A stretch of 64,000 nt of DNA from Sulfurimonas sp. (GTDB lineage: Bacteria; Campylobacterota; Campylobacteria; Campylobacterales; Sulfurimonadaceae): NCBI RefSeq assembly GCF_014859695.1, contig NZ_JACUTS010000005.1:4274-68273 (forward strand), written 5' to 3'. Positions 1-9,979 of the stretch are shown in pieces. The notes under the pieces were generated by a model. That model had not been told where the DNA came from. It did not search any database and worked only from the letters and a program-made list of their open reading frames with translations. How positions within the stretch are numbered: position 1 is the first letter of the stretch; each line of letters begins with the position of its first letter. Both the position numbers and the translations under genes were made by a program.

Positions 1-1
1 A

Positions 2-946
2 AAATTTAGCGAGGGTGAGCATCTCTGTTTTGCGGGGCATGTAGATGTAGTTCCTGCGGGGAGCGGTTGGAATACAAACCCCTATGAAGCCGTAGAAAAG
101 GACGGTTGCATATACGGACGCGGTACTCAGGATATGAAAAGCGGTGTCGCTGCATTTGTTCAAGCCCTAAAAGAGACAAAAGATTTCAAAGGAACACTCT
201 CTGCACTTTTAACATCTGATGAAGAGGGCGAGGGAACTTACGGAACGATAGAGATCTTAAAATACCTAAAAGAGAACTCTATACTTCCAGATGCCGCAGT
301 CGTAGCTGAGCCTACATGCGAGGTAGAGTTTGGCGACGCTATTAAAGTCGGACGCAGAGGCTCAATAAACGGTTATATAACCATAAAGGGCAAGCAGGGG
401 CACGCTGCTTATCCAGAAAAATCAATAAACCCGATAGACCTTATTGCTTCAAGACTCTCAAATATGGCTGGAGTGGATCTGGATAACGGAGATGAGTTCT
501 TTGCACCGAGCAAATTTGTCATCACAGACATACGTGCGGGTATGCAGGTAACAAACGTGACTCCAAATGAGCTCAAATTGATGTTTAATGTCAGAAATAC
601 TACTCTTACATCGCAAAAAGAGGTAAGAGAGTTTGTGGCTAAAAATCTTGAGGAGTTAGATTATGAGCTAAAACTTACTCAAGGCTCATACCCATTTAAA
701 ACAGATACGGATACAAAGCTTGTTAGAAAGATAGATGGCGCAGTAGAAAAGGTAACTGGCATAAAACCAAAGCACTCCACAGCAGGCGGAACTTCAGATG
801 CAAGGCACATGGCTCCGATGGGAATCAACGTTGTAGAGTTTGGCGTAATAAATGATACAATTCACGCTGTAAATGAGAGAACTACTCCAAAAGAGGTCGA
901 GTCTCTTTATGAAGTTTTTAAAAATTTAATAGATATGTGGGAGTAG
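2..946 (+). CDS. dapE: succinyl-diaminopimelate desuccinylase (M20 peptidase), N-terminus cut by window edge
   Basis: The frame is open from nt 2 ([20 protein letters not shown]...[12 protein letters not shown]) and runs into track ORF 134..946. The HxD and GRGxxDMK motifs are typical of DapE/ArgE-type M20 enzymes. Confidence 0.85.
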   Translation, partial: KFSEGEHLCFAGHVDVVPAGSGWNTNPYEAVEKDGCIYGRGTQDMKSGVAAFVQALKETKDFKGTLSALLTSDEEGEGTYGTIEILKYLKENSILPDAAVVAEPTCEVEFGDAIKVGRRGSINGYITIKGKQGHAAYPEKSINPIDLIASRLSNMAGVDLDNGDEFFAPSKFVITDIRAGMQVTNVTPNELKLMFNVRNTTLTSQKEVREFVAKNLEELDYELKLTQGSYPFKTDTDTKLVRKIDGAVEKVTGIKPKHSTAGGTSDARHMAPMGINVVEFGVINDTIHAVNERTTPKEVESLYEVFKNLIDMWE

Positions 947-952
947 GATAGT

Positions 953-1342
953 ATGAGATATTTACTTTTAGTAATGCTGTTTGTCTTTAATCTTAGTGCT
1001 TTTGATTGGCCGAGTGATTATGAAGAGGCATTGGCAGAGGCAAAAAAAGAGCAAAAAGACATCTACCTCTTTATAGGTTCAGAGTATTGCAGATATTGCG
1101 AAAAATTTGAAAAAGAGGTGCTCTCTCAAGATGAGGTGATAGAGAGGCTTAAAAAGAGTTACGTGCTAATCTACCTCTCAAGAGATATAGATGATATTCC
1201 CTCCCATCTTGAGAGAACACCTGTTCCAAGACACTACTTTTTAACAAAAGAGGGCAAAGTCATCTTGACAACAATCGGCGGCAGAAGTGTTGAGGGCTTT
1301 TATGAACTTTTGGATGAAGTTAAAGAAGCAAAAGAGTTTTAA
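953..1342 (+). CDS. secreted thioredoxin-fold protein with a single CxxC motif
   Basis: N-terminal hydrophobic signal-like segment (MRYLLLVMLFVFNLSAF). CRYC redox motif sits in a ~110-aa thioredoxin-like context (IGSEYCRYCEKFEKEVL). Confidence 0.55.
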   Translation: MRYLLLVMLFVFNLSAFDWPSDYEEALAEAKKEQKDIYLFIGSEYCRYCEKFEKEVLSQDEVIERLKKSYVLIYLSRDIDDIPSHLERTPVPRHYFLTKEGKVILTTIGGRSVEGFYELLDEVKEAKEF

Positions 1343-1360
1343 AATAAGAGTACTCACTTT

Positions 1361-1430
1361 TAGACTGCCACGTCGTTATGCTCCTCTCAGTGACTATTCT
1401 TCGTCATTGCGAGCGAAGCGTGGCAATCTA
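1361..1430. repeat. imperfect palindromic REP-like intergenic element
   Basis: Outer arms tagactgccacg (1361-1372) and cgtggcaatcta (1419-1430) are reverse complements with 1 mismatch. Inner arms (ctcctctcagtgac / gtcattgcgag) pair partly. Spurious track ORF 1287..1583 reads through it. Confidence 0.5.
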
Positions 1431-1473
1431 GGTTATGAAAGAGATTTATTAAATAAAATTAAGGAGAAACACA

Positions 1474-1848
1474 ATGAAATTTGTACAAACAAACAAGGCG
1501 CCATCGGCAATAGGTCCATACTCTCAGGCGGTAGTAGCAAACGGTATGGTTTTTACATCGGGACAGATTGCGCTTACTCCTGAGGGAGTTATGCTCGAAA
1601 ATGATGTGGTTATTCAGACAAAACAGGTACTAAAAAATCTCCAAGCTGTTTTAGAGGAAGCGGGTGCTTCAATGCAGAGTGTCATTAAAACGACTATATT
1701 TCTAGACTCTATGGACGATTTTGTAACCATCAATGAGATATATGCAGAGGCTTTTGGTTCTCATAAACCTGCGCGCTCAACTGTTGCAGTTAAGACGCTT
1801 CCAAAAAATGCACTTGTAGAGATCGATGCAGTAGCGCTGGTACAATGA
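1474..1848 (+). CDS. ridA: RidA/YjgF family reactive-intermediate (enamine/imine) deaminase
   Basis: 124 aa. N-terminal KAPSAIGPYSQAV and C-terminal ARSTVAVKTLPKNALVEIDAVA match the family signatures. AAGGAG Shine-Dalgarno upstream. Confidence 0.85.
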   Translation: MKFVQTNKAPSAIGPYSQAVVANGMVFTSGQIALTPEGVMLENDVVIQTKQVLKNLQAVLEEAGASMQSVIKTTIFLDSMDDFVTINEIYAEAFGSHKPARSTVAVKTLPKNALVEIDAVALVQ

Positions 1849-3071
1849 TAAAACTTCTCTTTTTGATGCTGCCCTTTCTTGCGGCGGCAGAGAGCTTACA
1901 GTCTATTTTAGAGTATGCTTATCAAAACAATAATAATATAAAATCTTCAAAATATATAAAAGAATCAAGGCTCCAAGAGGTCGAATCAAAAAAGAGCGGC
2001 TATCTTCCAACTCTAGATATTGGTGCCTCCTACACAAACACAAGCGACAGAACTGTTTTTCAGATAAAAGATGTCTATGCGGGGTATGCCAAAGCAGAGT
2101 TTGATATTTATGACGGCGGAGCAAGATCAGCACTAGTGCAAAAAGCAAAAGATGAGTTCTCTTCAAGCTTGCATGATGAAGAGAGCCTAAAACAAGAGCT
2201 CTCTTTGGAGATAGTAAGTGATTTTTATGCCATCTTAACTCTAAAAGCGAGTCTCAGAGCAAAAGAGGACGCTAAAAAATCTCTGCATGAACAGCTTGAG
2301 AGAGTAAAACAGTTTCGAGGCGCGGGACTGGCTACAGAGGATGACGTAGAGAGGCTTAGAGCATCTTATGAGAGAGCTCTTTATGAGATAGAGTCGCTCA
2401 GCTACGAGCTCCTTGAGCGTAAAAGCTCTCTAGAGCTTAAAGTCGGCAAAGAGATAGAGAGTTTTGATGATTCCCACTTTAAAGAGGCGGATATCAGCGA
2501 TATTGAGACCAAAGATGCTATAAAGTCGCTTATCTATAAAGAGAGAGCTCTTAAAAATAGCGCAGATGCTATTGAGAGCATCTACTATCCAAATATAAAA
2601 GCGGAGGATACCTACACGGTTTATGAGTATGGAGATATAGCTGAGGATCACTTTGCAAAGATTGATAGACAAAACGTCTTTATGCTTACTCTCAATATGA
2701 GAATCTTTGACTATGCATCTACGAAAGAGGCGAGAGAGTCTCTTTTGCTAAATGCGAAGGCTCTGAATGAGAAGATAAAATATATGTCAAAAGAGCAGCA
2801 GCTTCGTTATGAACTATCAATTGAGAGAATAAAGAGTGCAAAGGTTAAGATAAAAAGTGCAAAGAGTGCTCTGGTTGCTTCATCAAGCGCATTTAAGACC
2901 ATAAACGAGAAGTACAGTGCGGGCTTGGTTGACTACGTTATCTATCTGGACGCACTAAGTGCTAAAACAGAAGCTGATGCTCTTTATGAGAGTTCATTAA
3001 ATGATCTGCAGGTAGCATATGCCACGTACTACTTCTACAGCGGCAGAAATTTAGAGGAGTTTATACAGTGA
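1845..3071 (+). CDS. TolC-family outer membrane efflux protein
   Basis: Signal peptide and two coiled-coil/beta repeats typical of OEP/TolC proteins. 4-nt overlap with ridA, and overlapped by the downstream adaptor gene. Confidence 0.75.
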   Translation: MIKLLFLMLPFLAAAESLQSILEYAYQNNNNIKSSKYIKESRLQEVESKKSGYLPTLDIGASYTNTSDRTVFQIKDVYAGYAKAEFDIYDGGARSALVQKAKDEFSSSLHDEESLKQELSLEIVSDFYAILTLKASLRAKEDAKKSLHEQLERVKQFRGAGLATEDDVERLRASYERALYEIESLSYELLERKSSLELKVGKEIESFDDSHFKEADISDIETKDAIKSLIYKERALKNSADAIESIYYPNIKAEDTYTVYEYGDIAEDHFAKIDRQNVFMLTLNMRIFDYASTKEARESLLLNAKALNEKIKYMSKEQQLRYELSIERIKSAKVKIKSAKSALVASSSAFKTINEKYSAGLVDYVIYLDALSAKTEADALYESSLNDLQVAYATYYFYSGRNLEEFIQ

Positions 3072-3814
3072 TAAAGATATTATTTGGTGTGCTTTTTAGC
3101 CTCTTAAGCCTCAATGCGCAGGATGTTTATGCAAACTTTTTTGTAGAGCCTCTTAAAGACGCGGCTTTGGCGTTTCATGCAGGCGGAATTGTAAAAGAGG
3201 TGCGTGTAGAGGTCTCTAGCAGCGTAAAAAAGGGAGACCTGCTTGCGACTTTGGCAAACGAGGATATAAAAGCGCTCTTGGATGTTGCAAAAGCAGAGTT
3301 GGCAAATGCAGAGGTTGAGTATAAGTATGCCGCAAGAGATTATGAGAGACAACAAAAAGTCCGCCATCTCATCGATGAAGCAAGGTTTGATATCTATGCC
3401 CTCGCCTATGAGAAGGCAAAAACAGCGTTTGAGCTTGCAAAAGCTAACCTCACATACAGAGAGGCACTCTATAAAAAGAGTATGCTTTACGCTCCGTTTG
3501 AGGGTGTTGTATATGAAAAGAGCGTTGATGTCGGGGATGTCGTAACCGAGATGTCGCCAAAGGTTGTTTTTAAACTGCAAAGCAGGGTGGAGAGAAAGCT
3601 TGTTTTGGAGTTTGACCAGAAATATTGGCAGGATGTAAAGATAGGACAGAGCTTTAGATACAAGGTTGACGGGGATGAAAAAGAGCATAGAGGCGTCATT
3701 ACAAAACTCTACCCGCATGTGGACAAACAGAGCAGAAAACTGCGCGCTGAGGTTGAGGCAAAAGGCTTTACGGCGGGACTATTCGGTGACGGTCAAATTG
3801 AAACCAAAAAGTAG
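3068..3814 (+). CDS. RND efflux periplasmic adaptor (HlyD/MFP family, short form)
   Basis: Signal peptide, lipoyl-like GDLLATL motif, coiled-coil hairpin and beta-barrel segment. Lies between the TolC-like and AcrB-like genes. Confidence 0.7.
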   Translation: MIKILFGVLFSLLSLNAQDVYANFFVEPLKDAALAFHAGGIVKEVRVEVSSSVKKGDLLATLANEDIKALLDVAKAELANAEVEYKYAARDYERQQKVRHLIDEARFDIYALAYEKAKTAFELAKANLTYREALYKKSMLYAPFEGVVYEKSVDVGDVVTEMSPKVVFKLQSRVERKLVLEFDQKYWQDVKIGQSFRYKVDGDEKEHRGVITKLYPHVDKQSRKLRAEVEAKGFTAGLFGDGQIETKK

Positions 3815-3819
3815 AGCAG

Positions 3820-6800
3820 ATGTATAAACTAGCCATAAAAAGACCGATTGCGACTCTTATGTATGTTGTCACGTTGGCAATATTTGGCTTAATGAGCTAT
3901 AAGTCGATGCCCTCGGCTCTCTTTCCCAATGTCGATTTCCCAATAGTTACCATCCAGACAAACTATCCGGGTGCGGAAGCGGGCACAATCGAGTCACAGG
4001 TTACGGATGAGATAGAGGATGCAATATCCAGAATCGGCGGCATCGACAGCATAATTTCAAGCAGCAGTGACGGCGTGAGTGTTGTCACGGTAAAGTTTTT
4101 TTTAGAGCGAGATATTGATGAAGCGACAAATGACGTAAGAGACAAGGTCTCAGCCGTAAAACTTCCAAATGATGCCCAGACTCCGCTTGTCAGCAAACTG
4201 GACATCGGCTCAGCGCCAATAATCAACATATTTTTAACCGCAAAGAGCGATACTCTTCAAAATCTTATGCTCTTTGCAGATGAGAAAGTAAAGCCATCCG
4301 TTCAAAAGATAAACGGTGTGGGTGCGATCAATATCGTCGGCTACAAAGATAGAGAGATAAAGATATTTCCAAACACAAACGAGTTGAACAAATACGCTAT
4401 CACCATCTCAGAGCTAAACTCGGCGGTAGCCAGAGAGAACGTAAAGATAGGCGGTGCAAAGCTTATAACTAAAGAGCAAGAGCTCACACTAAAAACAAAA
4501 GCGGATGCGCTAAGCATTGAAGAGCTAAAAAACATAAAGATAAAAGATAACATTAGATTAAGAGATATCGCCGAAGTTAAAGACTCTCTCAGTGATGCTA
4601 AAAGTTACGCTTCATACAACGGCGTAGAGGGTGTTATGCTTGAGGTTCAAAAGATCTCAGGCACAAATACTCTTGGCATTGTAGAGCATGTAAAAAAGGT
4701 TGTTCCGCAGCTTGAAGCAATGGCAGGAGAGAGGTTTGAGGTAAAGGTTTTAAACGACACTTCGCCATTTATCATCAACTCTTTAAAAGATGTCGAGTTT
4801 GACCTTATCTACGGTGCGATTTTAGCCGCGATTATCGTTTTTGTCTTTTTAAGAAATTTAACAATTACCTTTGTCTCCGCTCTCTCCATACCATCATCTA
4901 TTTTAGGCACTTTTGCGCTTATGAACTACATGGGATTTGATCTCAACAAGATGACTCTTATCGGGCTTACCCTTGCAATCGGTATTATCATAGATGATGC
5001 GATCGTGGTTATTGAGAACATCTACAAAAAGATGGAGGCGGGCATGAGCAAGTTTGAGGCGGCTTATGAGGGTACAAAAGAGATGGCTTTTACCATTTTG
5101 GCTATCTCTGCGATGCTTCTGGCGGTTTTTATTCCTGTTTCGCTTATGAGTGGAATAGTGGGCAAGTTCTTTGAGAGTTTTGCCATGACCGTAGGGTTTG
5201 CAATTATCATCTCTTACACTATCGCTCTTAGTTTTATCCCGAGTTTGAGCGCGAGGGTTTTAAAGGGAGGCGAGAGCAGGTTTTATAACCTAACAGAACC
5301 TCTTTTTAGATTTTTGGAGCGCATCTATGAAGCGATGCTCAAAGTGGTTCTTAGATTTAAAACTATTACTCTGATTTTTGTTTTTATACTCTTTTTCGGT
5401 TCGCTCTCGCTATTTCCCAAAATCGGTATGGATTTTATACCAAAAGAGGATAAGTCGGAGTTTGAGATAAAGATAAAAGCAGATGCAGGGATCTCGCTTG
5501 AAGAGATGGTTAAAAAGTCCAAAAAGGTCGAGGAGTTAGTAAGAGCCAATCCTCATGTGGAGTACACGACCTTAAATGTAGGCTACAACACAAACCAAGA
5601 GAAGCATAAAGCGCTCATCTATGTAAAACTGAGCGCAAAGGACAAAAGAGAGCAAAGCCAAGAGGAGATTATTCAGGATTTTAGGCAGAAGCTTGAGGTT
5701 TTTAAGAAAGATATGTTCATAACCGCCTCGGCGATTCCCGACATAAAAGGTGCAGGCGTATCGGTTCCTTACCAGATAGTATTAAAGTCCGACTCGTTTG
5801 AAGATCTGCAGAGGGCTAAGAAAAATTTGGTTGAGTATCTCTCAAAAAAAGAGGGGTTTGTCGATATTGACACGGATCTCGATGAGCCAAAACCCCAAAT
5901 TGATATAAATATTTTAAGAGAAAATGCATCTAGTTTGGGAGTTTCAGCATCGGATATAGCAGAGGCAATATCTATAGCATTCTCAAGCGATCTGGAGATA
6001 TCCTATTTTGAAGAGGACGGAAAACAGTACAACATCACGCTGAGATTTAGCGATGAAGAGAGAGTCTCTTTGGATGATGTTAAAAAACTTCAAGTCAGAT
6101 CAAAAGATGACGTACTTGTCTATCTTGACGGCTTGGTCACATTTACAAAGAGCCAAACGCTTGCTACGATAAACCACTTTGATAGAGAAAGAGAAGTGAC
6201 CATTTTTGCAGACCTTTTCGGGCTTGACCTCGGCGGTGCTGTCTCCTACACCGAAGAGGGGATTGAAAAACTGCTGCCAAAAGGCGTGACATACAGATTT
6301 ACAGGATTTGCCGAAGAGATGGTAAAGACGGCGGATGCTTTTGCGGCTGCAATAGCTTTGAGTGTTATTTTGATGTTTATTATTTTGGCGATTTTGTATG
6401 AGTCGCTCATCCAGCCCATTATCATAATGGTTGCACTTCCTCTTAGTATAATCGGCGTCATGCTCGCACTCTACATGTCGGGACTTCAATTTAGTCTTTT
6501 TGTTATGATCGGGTTTATGCTTCTGATGGGAATGGTAGGCAAAAATGCGGTGTTGCTTGTTGATTTTGCAAACCATGCCATGCAAAACGGCAAAAGCGCT
6601 GATGACGCGCTTATAGAAGCAGGAGAGAAGAGACTTCGTCCGATACTAATGACTACTATTGCGATGGTCTTTGCCATGCTTCCGCTTGCAATTGGTGGGG
6701 GTCTTGGAAGTGAGACAAAAGCGCCGATGGCGATCTCCATAATCGGAGGGCTTTTAAGCTCAATGGTTCTTACTCTTCTCGTCGTACCGGTTATATACAG

Positions 6801-6864
6801 GGCTATAGCTCCGCTGGATTTGTGGTTAAAGAAGTTTTATGAGAGAAGAATGGAACTTCCATAG
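3820..6864 (+). CDS. RND family efflux permease (AcrB/AcrD/AcrF type)
   Basis: 1014 aa with a 12-TM layout and two large periplasmic loops. N-terminal IKRPIATLM...FPNVDFPIVTI is typical of ACR_tran proteins. Confidence 0.9.
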   Translation: MYKLAIKRPIATLMYVVTLAIFGLMSYKSMPSALFPNVDFPIVTIQTNYPGAEAGTIESQVTDEIEDAISRIGGIDSIISSSSDGVSVVTVKFFLERDIDEATNDVRDKVSAVKLPNDAQTPLVSKLDIGSAPIINIFLTAKSDTLQNLMLFADEKVKPSVQKINGVGAINIVGYKDREIKIFPNTNELNKYAITISELNSAVARENVKIGGAKLITKEQELTLKTKADALSIEELKNIKIKDNIRLRDIAEVKDSLSDAKSYASYNGVEGVMLEVQKISGTNTLGIVEHVKKVVPQLEAMAGERFEVKVLNDTSPFIINSLKDVEFDLIYGAILAAIIVFVFLRNLTITFVSALSIPSSILGTFALMNYMGFDLNKMTLIGLTLAIGIIIDDAIVVIENIYKKMEAGMSKFEAAYEGTKEMAFTILAISAMLLAVFIPVSLMSGIVGKFFESFAMTVGFAIIISYTIALSFIPSLSARVLKGGESRFYNLTEPLFRFLERIYEAMLKVVLRFKTITLIFVFILFFGSLSLFPKIGMDFIPKEDKSEFEIKIKADAGISLEEMVKKSKKVEELVRANPHVEYTTLNVGYNTNQEKHKALIYVKLSAKDKREQSQEEIIQDFRQKLEVFKKDMFITASAIPDIKGAGVSVPYQIVLKSDSFEDLQRAKKNLVEYLSKKEGFVDIDTDLDEPKPQIDINILRENASSLGVSASDIAEAISIAFSSDLEISYFEEDGKQYNITLRFSDEERVSLDDVKKLQVRSKDDVLVYLDGLVTFTKSQTLATINHFDREREVTIFADLFGLDLGGAVSYTEEGIEKLLPKGVTYRFTGFAEEMVKTADAFAAAIALSVILMFIILAILYESLIQPIIIMVALPLSIIGVMLALYMSGLQFSLFVMIGFMLLMGMVGKNAVLLVDFANHAMQNGKSADDALIEAGEKRLRPILMTTIAMVFAMLPLAIGGGLGSETKAPMAISIIGGLLSSMVLTLLVVPVIYRAIAPLDLWLKKFYERRMELP

Positions 6865-6946
6865 ACAAATTCAACTTAGTTTTAAAATAAAGATATAAAA
6901 TAGAGCTAACTATTCTCTTGAGTAGAAAAAAACTAAGGAAAATTTC

Positions 6947-7468
6947 ATGAAGATTTTATTGATGCTTTTATCGTTGTCGGCATTTGCTTTTGGACATACG
7001 ACTTTTCTACAAAATAGCGGATTTAGCAGCGGATTTTTGCATCCAATGAGCGGTTTAGACCATGTTTTGGCTATGGTCGGTGTCGGAATAGTCGCTTTTT
7101 TTGCGCCAATGAGGGGCTATCTTCTTCTGTTTGCTTTTATAGCGGTTATGGTTGTCTCGGCAATACTGGGCTTCATTGGCGTTATGATACCTTTTGTCGA
7201 AGAGGGGATACTTATCTCCATTGCCGTTGTTTTTGCACTTATAGGTTTTGCAAAAAAGATATCTCTGAGCGCTATTGTCTCGGTAGTTGCATTTTTTGGT
7301 CTCTTTCATGGTTTTGCCCACGGAGCTGAATTTCAAAGCGGAAGTTTTGTAGCTTACATGTTGGGGTTTACTCTCTCCACGCTGTTTCTTCATTTAAGCG
7401 GTATCGCTTTGGCTTATGCATATACGAAAACTGTTTTGGTAAAACAAACGCAGAACGTAGAGCGATAA
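6947..7468 (+). CDS. hupE: HupE/UreJ family nickel transport membrane protein
   Basis: Signal peptide followed by the GFLHPMSGLDHVLAMVGVG signature. Polytopic, and sits immediately upstream of hypB. Confidence 0.8.
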   Translation: MKILLMLLSLSAFAFGHTTFLQNSGFSSGFLHPMSGLDHVLAMVGVGIVAFFAPMRGYLLLFAFIAVMVVSAILGFIGVMIPFVEEGILISIAVVFALIGFAKKISLSAIVSVVAFFGLFHGFAHGAEFQSGSFVAYMLGFTLSTLFLHLSGIALAYAYTKTVLVKQTQNVER

Positions 7469-7469
7469 C

Positions 7470-8216
7470 ATGTGCAAAGATTGCGGTTGCAGTGTTGTAG
7501 AACATAGTCATTCTCATAAAGAGAGCCATTCACATGAACATCTGCATGACAATCCACAGTTAAATGACCCTAAAACCATCTCTATAATTACAAAAATATT
7601 AGATAAAAATGACCATGAAGCTGGACATAACAGAGAACATTTTAACGCGCACGGAGTTCTTTGTATAAATCTGATGAGCAGCCCCGGAAGCGGAAAAACG
7701 GCACTTTTGGAGAGTTTGTCAGATTTGGGCGAGTTTAAATTTTGTGTCGTTGAGGGCGATTTGCAAACATGCAAAGATGTAGACAGGCTAAAAGCCAAAG
7801 GGATACAGGCTCATCAGATTCAAACAGGTTCGGCTTGTCATTTGGATGCATTTATGGTTCATAAAGCTCTGCACCACATGGATTTGGACAATATGGACGT
7901 ATGTTTTGTAGAGAATGTCGGAAACCTCGTCTGTCCTGCAAGCTATGATGTCGGAAGCCACTTAAATATAGTGCTTGTAAGTGTTCCAGAGGGCGAAGAC
8001 AAGATAGCAAAATATCCTGTTATGTTTCGTCAAGCCGATTTGATTCTTTTTACGAAAACAGACCTTCTTCCCTACTTTGAGTATGATATGAAAAAAGAGA
8101 AAGAGATGGCAAGAAAATTAAAACCAAACGTTGACATCCTAGAAGTTAGTACAAAAGATGAAGCATCATTAAGAAAAGTTTCTCAGTGGATTAAGTTTAA
8201 AATGGAGATGCGTTAG
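7470..8216 (+). CDS. hypB: hydrogenase nickel incorporation GTPase HypB
   Basis: N-terminal CxxCGC plus His-rich stretch (HSHSHKESHSHEHLH). GSGKT P-loop and ENVGNLVCPA motif. Confidence 0.95.
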   Translation: MCKDCGCSVVEHSHSHKESHSHEHLHDNPQLNDPKTISIITKILDKNDHEAGHNREHFNAHGVLCINLMSSPGSGKTALLESLSDLGEFKFCVVEGDLQTCKDVDRLKAKGIQAHQIQTGSACHLDAFMVHKALHHMDLDNMDVCFVENVGNLVCPASYDVGSHLNIVLVSVPEGEDKIAKYPVMFRQADLILFTKTDLLPYFEYDMKKEKEMARKLKPNVDILEVSTKDEASLRKVSQWIKFKMEMR

Positions 8217-8464
8217 TGTGCCTCTCCATTCCAAGCAAAGTGGTTAAAATAGATAAGCAAAACAGCGTAGCTACAGTCGATACTATGGGTGTTAAAAGAG
8301 AAGCAAGTTTGGCGCTTGTCGGCGAAGAGGATATAAAAATAGGCGATTACGTGCTTTTGCATATCGGTTTTGTAATGAGCAGGATCGATGAAGAAGAGGC
8401 ACTTCTTAGTCTTGAAGCATTTGCGAAAATAGTTGAGCTGATGGATGAGGAAGAACAGCTTTAA
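8216..8464 (+). CDS. hypC: hydrogenase assembly chaperone HypC/HupF
   Basis: 82 aa with the essential N-terminal MCLSIPSKV motif. GTG start abuts the hypB stop. Confidence 0.9.
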   Translation: MCLSIPSKVVKIDKQNSVATVDTMGVKREASLALVGEEDIKIGDYVLLHIGFVMSRIDEEEALLSLEAFAKIVELMDEEEQL

Positions 8465-9609
8465 TGAAGCAGTTAGAGCTTAAAAATCTTTATGATGACT
8501 TTAGAGATGCAGACACCATAAAAGCTTATGCAAGAATCATAAAAGAGGATGCGGCAAAGCTGAAAAATCCTATAAACATTATGGAAGTCTGCGGCGGACA
8601 TACGCATACCATCATGAAGTATGGACTTCTTCAGCTTCTGCCCTCAAATATCAAGTTTATCCACGGTCCGGGCTGTCCGGTTTGCATCATGCCAAAAGAG
8701 AGAATTGATCATGCCTATGTTTTGGCGATGCAGGAAGATGTGATATTGGTTACTCTAGGCGACATGATAAAAGTACCGGGAAGCAGAGGAACCCTTCAAG
8801 ATGCAAGAAGCAAAGGGGCAGATGTTCGTTTTGTCTATTCGCCCTTAGAGTGCCTAAAGATTGCAAAAGAGAATCCGACTAAAAAAGTCATCTTTTTTGC
8901 CATAGGATTTGAGACGACGACGCCGATGACTGCCGCACTTCTTGATGCGGTTATAAAGCAAAATATCAAAAACATCTTCTTTCACATAAACCATGTAACA
9001 GTACCCGAAGTTATGCGTGAGCTGATAGATAGCAGAGATATACATGTAGATAGCTACAACAACAAAATAGACGCATTTTTAGGGCCTTCACATGTAAGCG
9101 TGATAAGCGGAAGTAAAATCTATGAGGAGTTTCCAAGGGATTATAACCGTCCCGTGGTTGTCTCTGGTTTTGAGCCGGTTGATGTCATGCAGGCAATCAG
9201 CATGATAGTAAAACAGTTCATAGAGGGCAGATGCTCTCTTGAAGTGGAGTACAAACGGCTTGTGACTTATGATGGAAACGTCAAAGCACAGGAGCTTGTA
9301 AACAAGTATTTTGAAAAAACAGACCTGTTCAAATGGCGAGGTTTAGGCAATATCCCAAAAAGCGGAATGAAACTAAAACCTGAGTTCAAAGAGTACGATG
9401 CAGAAGTTATCTACAAAGATGTTCTCCCTCTCGGCGAAATAGAAGACCATAAACTCTGCATCTGCGGAGACATTTTAAGAGGTATGGCAAGCCCTCCGGA
9501 GTGTACGATTTTCGGCACTGCATGTAAACCGACTTCACCGATAGGAAGCTGTATGGTAAGCTCAGAGGGCGCGTGTGCGGCGTATTATAAGTATGGGAAT
9601 TTGGTATAA
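8464..9609 (+). CDS. hypD: hydrogenase Fe(CN)2CO scaffold protein HypD
   Basis: CGGHTH and GPGCPVC motifs, plus the C-terminal Cys cluster (CKPTSPIGSCMVSSEGACAAYY). Confidence 0.95.
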   Translation: MKQLELKNLYDDFRDADTIKAYARIIKEDAAKLKNPINIMEVCGGHTHTIMKYGLLQLLPSNIKFIHGPGCPVCIMPKERIDHAYVLAMQEDVILVTLGDMIKVPGSRGTLQDARSKGADVRFVYSPLECLKIAKENPTKKVIFFAIGFETTTPMTAALLDAVIKQNIKNIFFHINHVTVPEVMRELIDSRDIHVDSYNNKIDAFLGPSHVSVISGSKIYEEFPRDYNRPVVVSGFEPVDVMQAISMIVKQFIEGRCSLEVEYKRLVTYDGNVKAQELVNKYFEKTDLFKWRGLGNIPKSGMKLKPEFKEYDAEVIYKDVLPLGEIEDHKLCICGDILRGMASPPECTIFGTACKPTSPIGSCMVSSEGACAAYYKYGNLV

Positions 9610-9622
9610 TACTAAAATACAC

Positions 9623-9649
9623 TTTAACATTTAACTAATTTATGTTAAA
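9623..9649. promoter_or_regulatory. palindrome upstream of the antitoxin gene (possible operator / insertion boundary)
   Basis: tttaacat (9623-9630) and atgttaaa (9642-9649) are exact reverse complements separated by 11 nt. Located ~60 nt upstream of the 9710 start. Confidence 0.3.
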
Positions 9650-9709
9650 CCCTGTTTTATATTTATAAGGGATATGGTAGAGTAGTAAAAACAAGAGAAA
9701 GGTTACAAA

Positions 9710-9979
9710 ATGCAGACAATAAATTTAAAAATAGATGATACTTTTTTTCCACATTTTAAGGCTATTTTAGAGAGTTTTGTAAAAGACAAAAAAGTTGAAA
9801 TTATCCAAGATGATGATTTTGACTTTGAAAACAACTATCCAAAAAATGCGGTTGTAAGCAGTGTAGAAGATGTAAGAAAAAGAGTTTTTGAAGCTGAAAA
9901 AGAGATAGGCTTAAACGAAGATCAATACAACAAGTTGATGGATAAGTTTTTTACCGAAGAACTCGGCATCAAGCGATGA
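9710..9979 (+). CDS. putative type II antitoxin (family not recognised)
   Basis: 89-aa acidic protein whose stop overlaps the start of the ParE/RelE-like toxin gene by 4 nt (ATGA). The call rests on position only. Confidence 0.4.
   Translation: MQTINLKIDDTFFPHFKAILESFVKDKKVEIIQDDDFDFENNYPKNAVVSSVEDVRKRVFEAEKEIGLNEDQYNKLMDKFFTEELGIKR

Noticed and set aside
1287-1583. 98-aa ORF spanning the 1343-1473 intergenic region and the start of ridA.
   Set aside because: It reads through the palindromic repeat (…LPRRYAPLSDYSSSLRAKRGNLG…) and overlaps the well-supported ridA start in another frame. Typical repeat-derived artefact.
6100-6585. 161-aa antisense ORF inside the RND permease gene. Similar cases are 3104..3718 inside the adaptor gene, 30423..30947 inside atpD and 17234..17554 inside the hydrogenase large subunit gene.
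   Set aside because: All lie opposite strongly conserved genes, have biased or low-complexity composition and lack plausible ribosome-binding sites. They are shadow ORFs.
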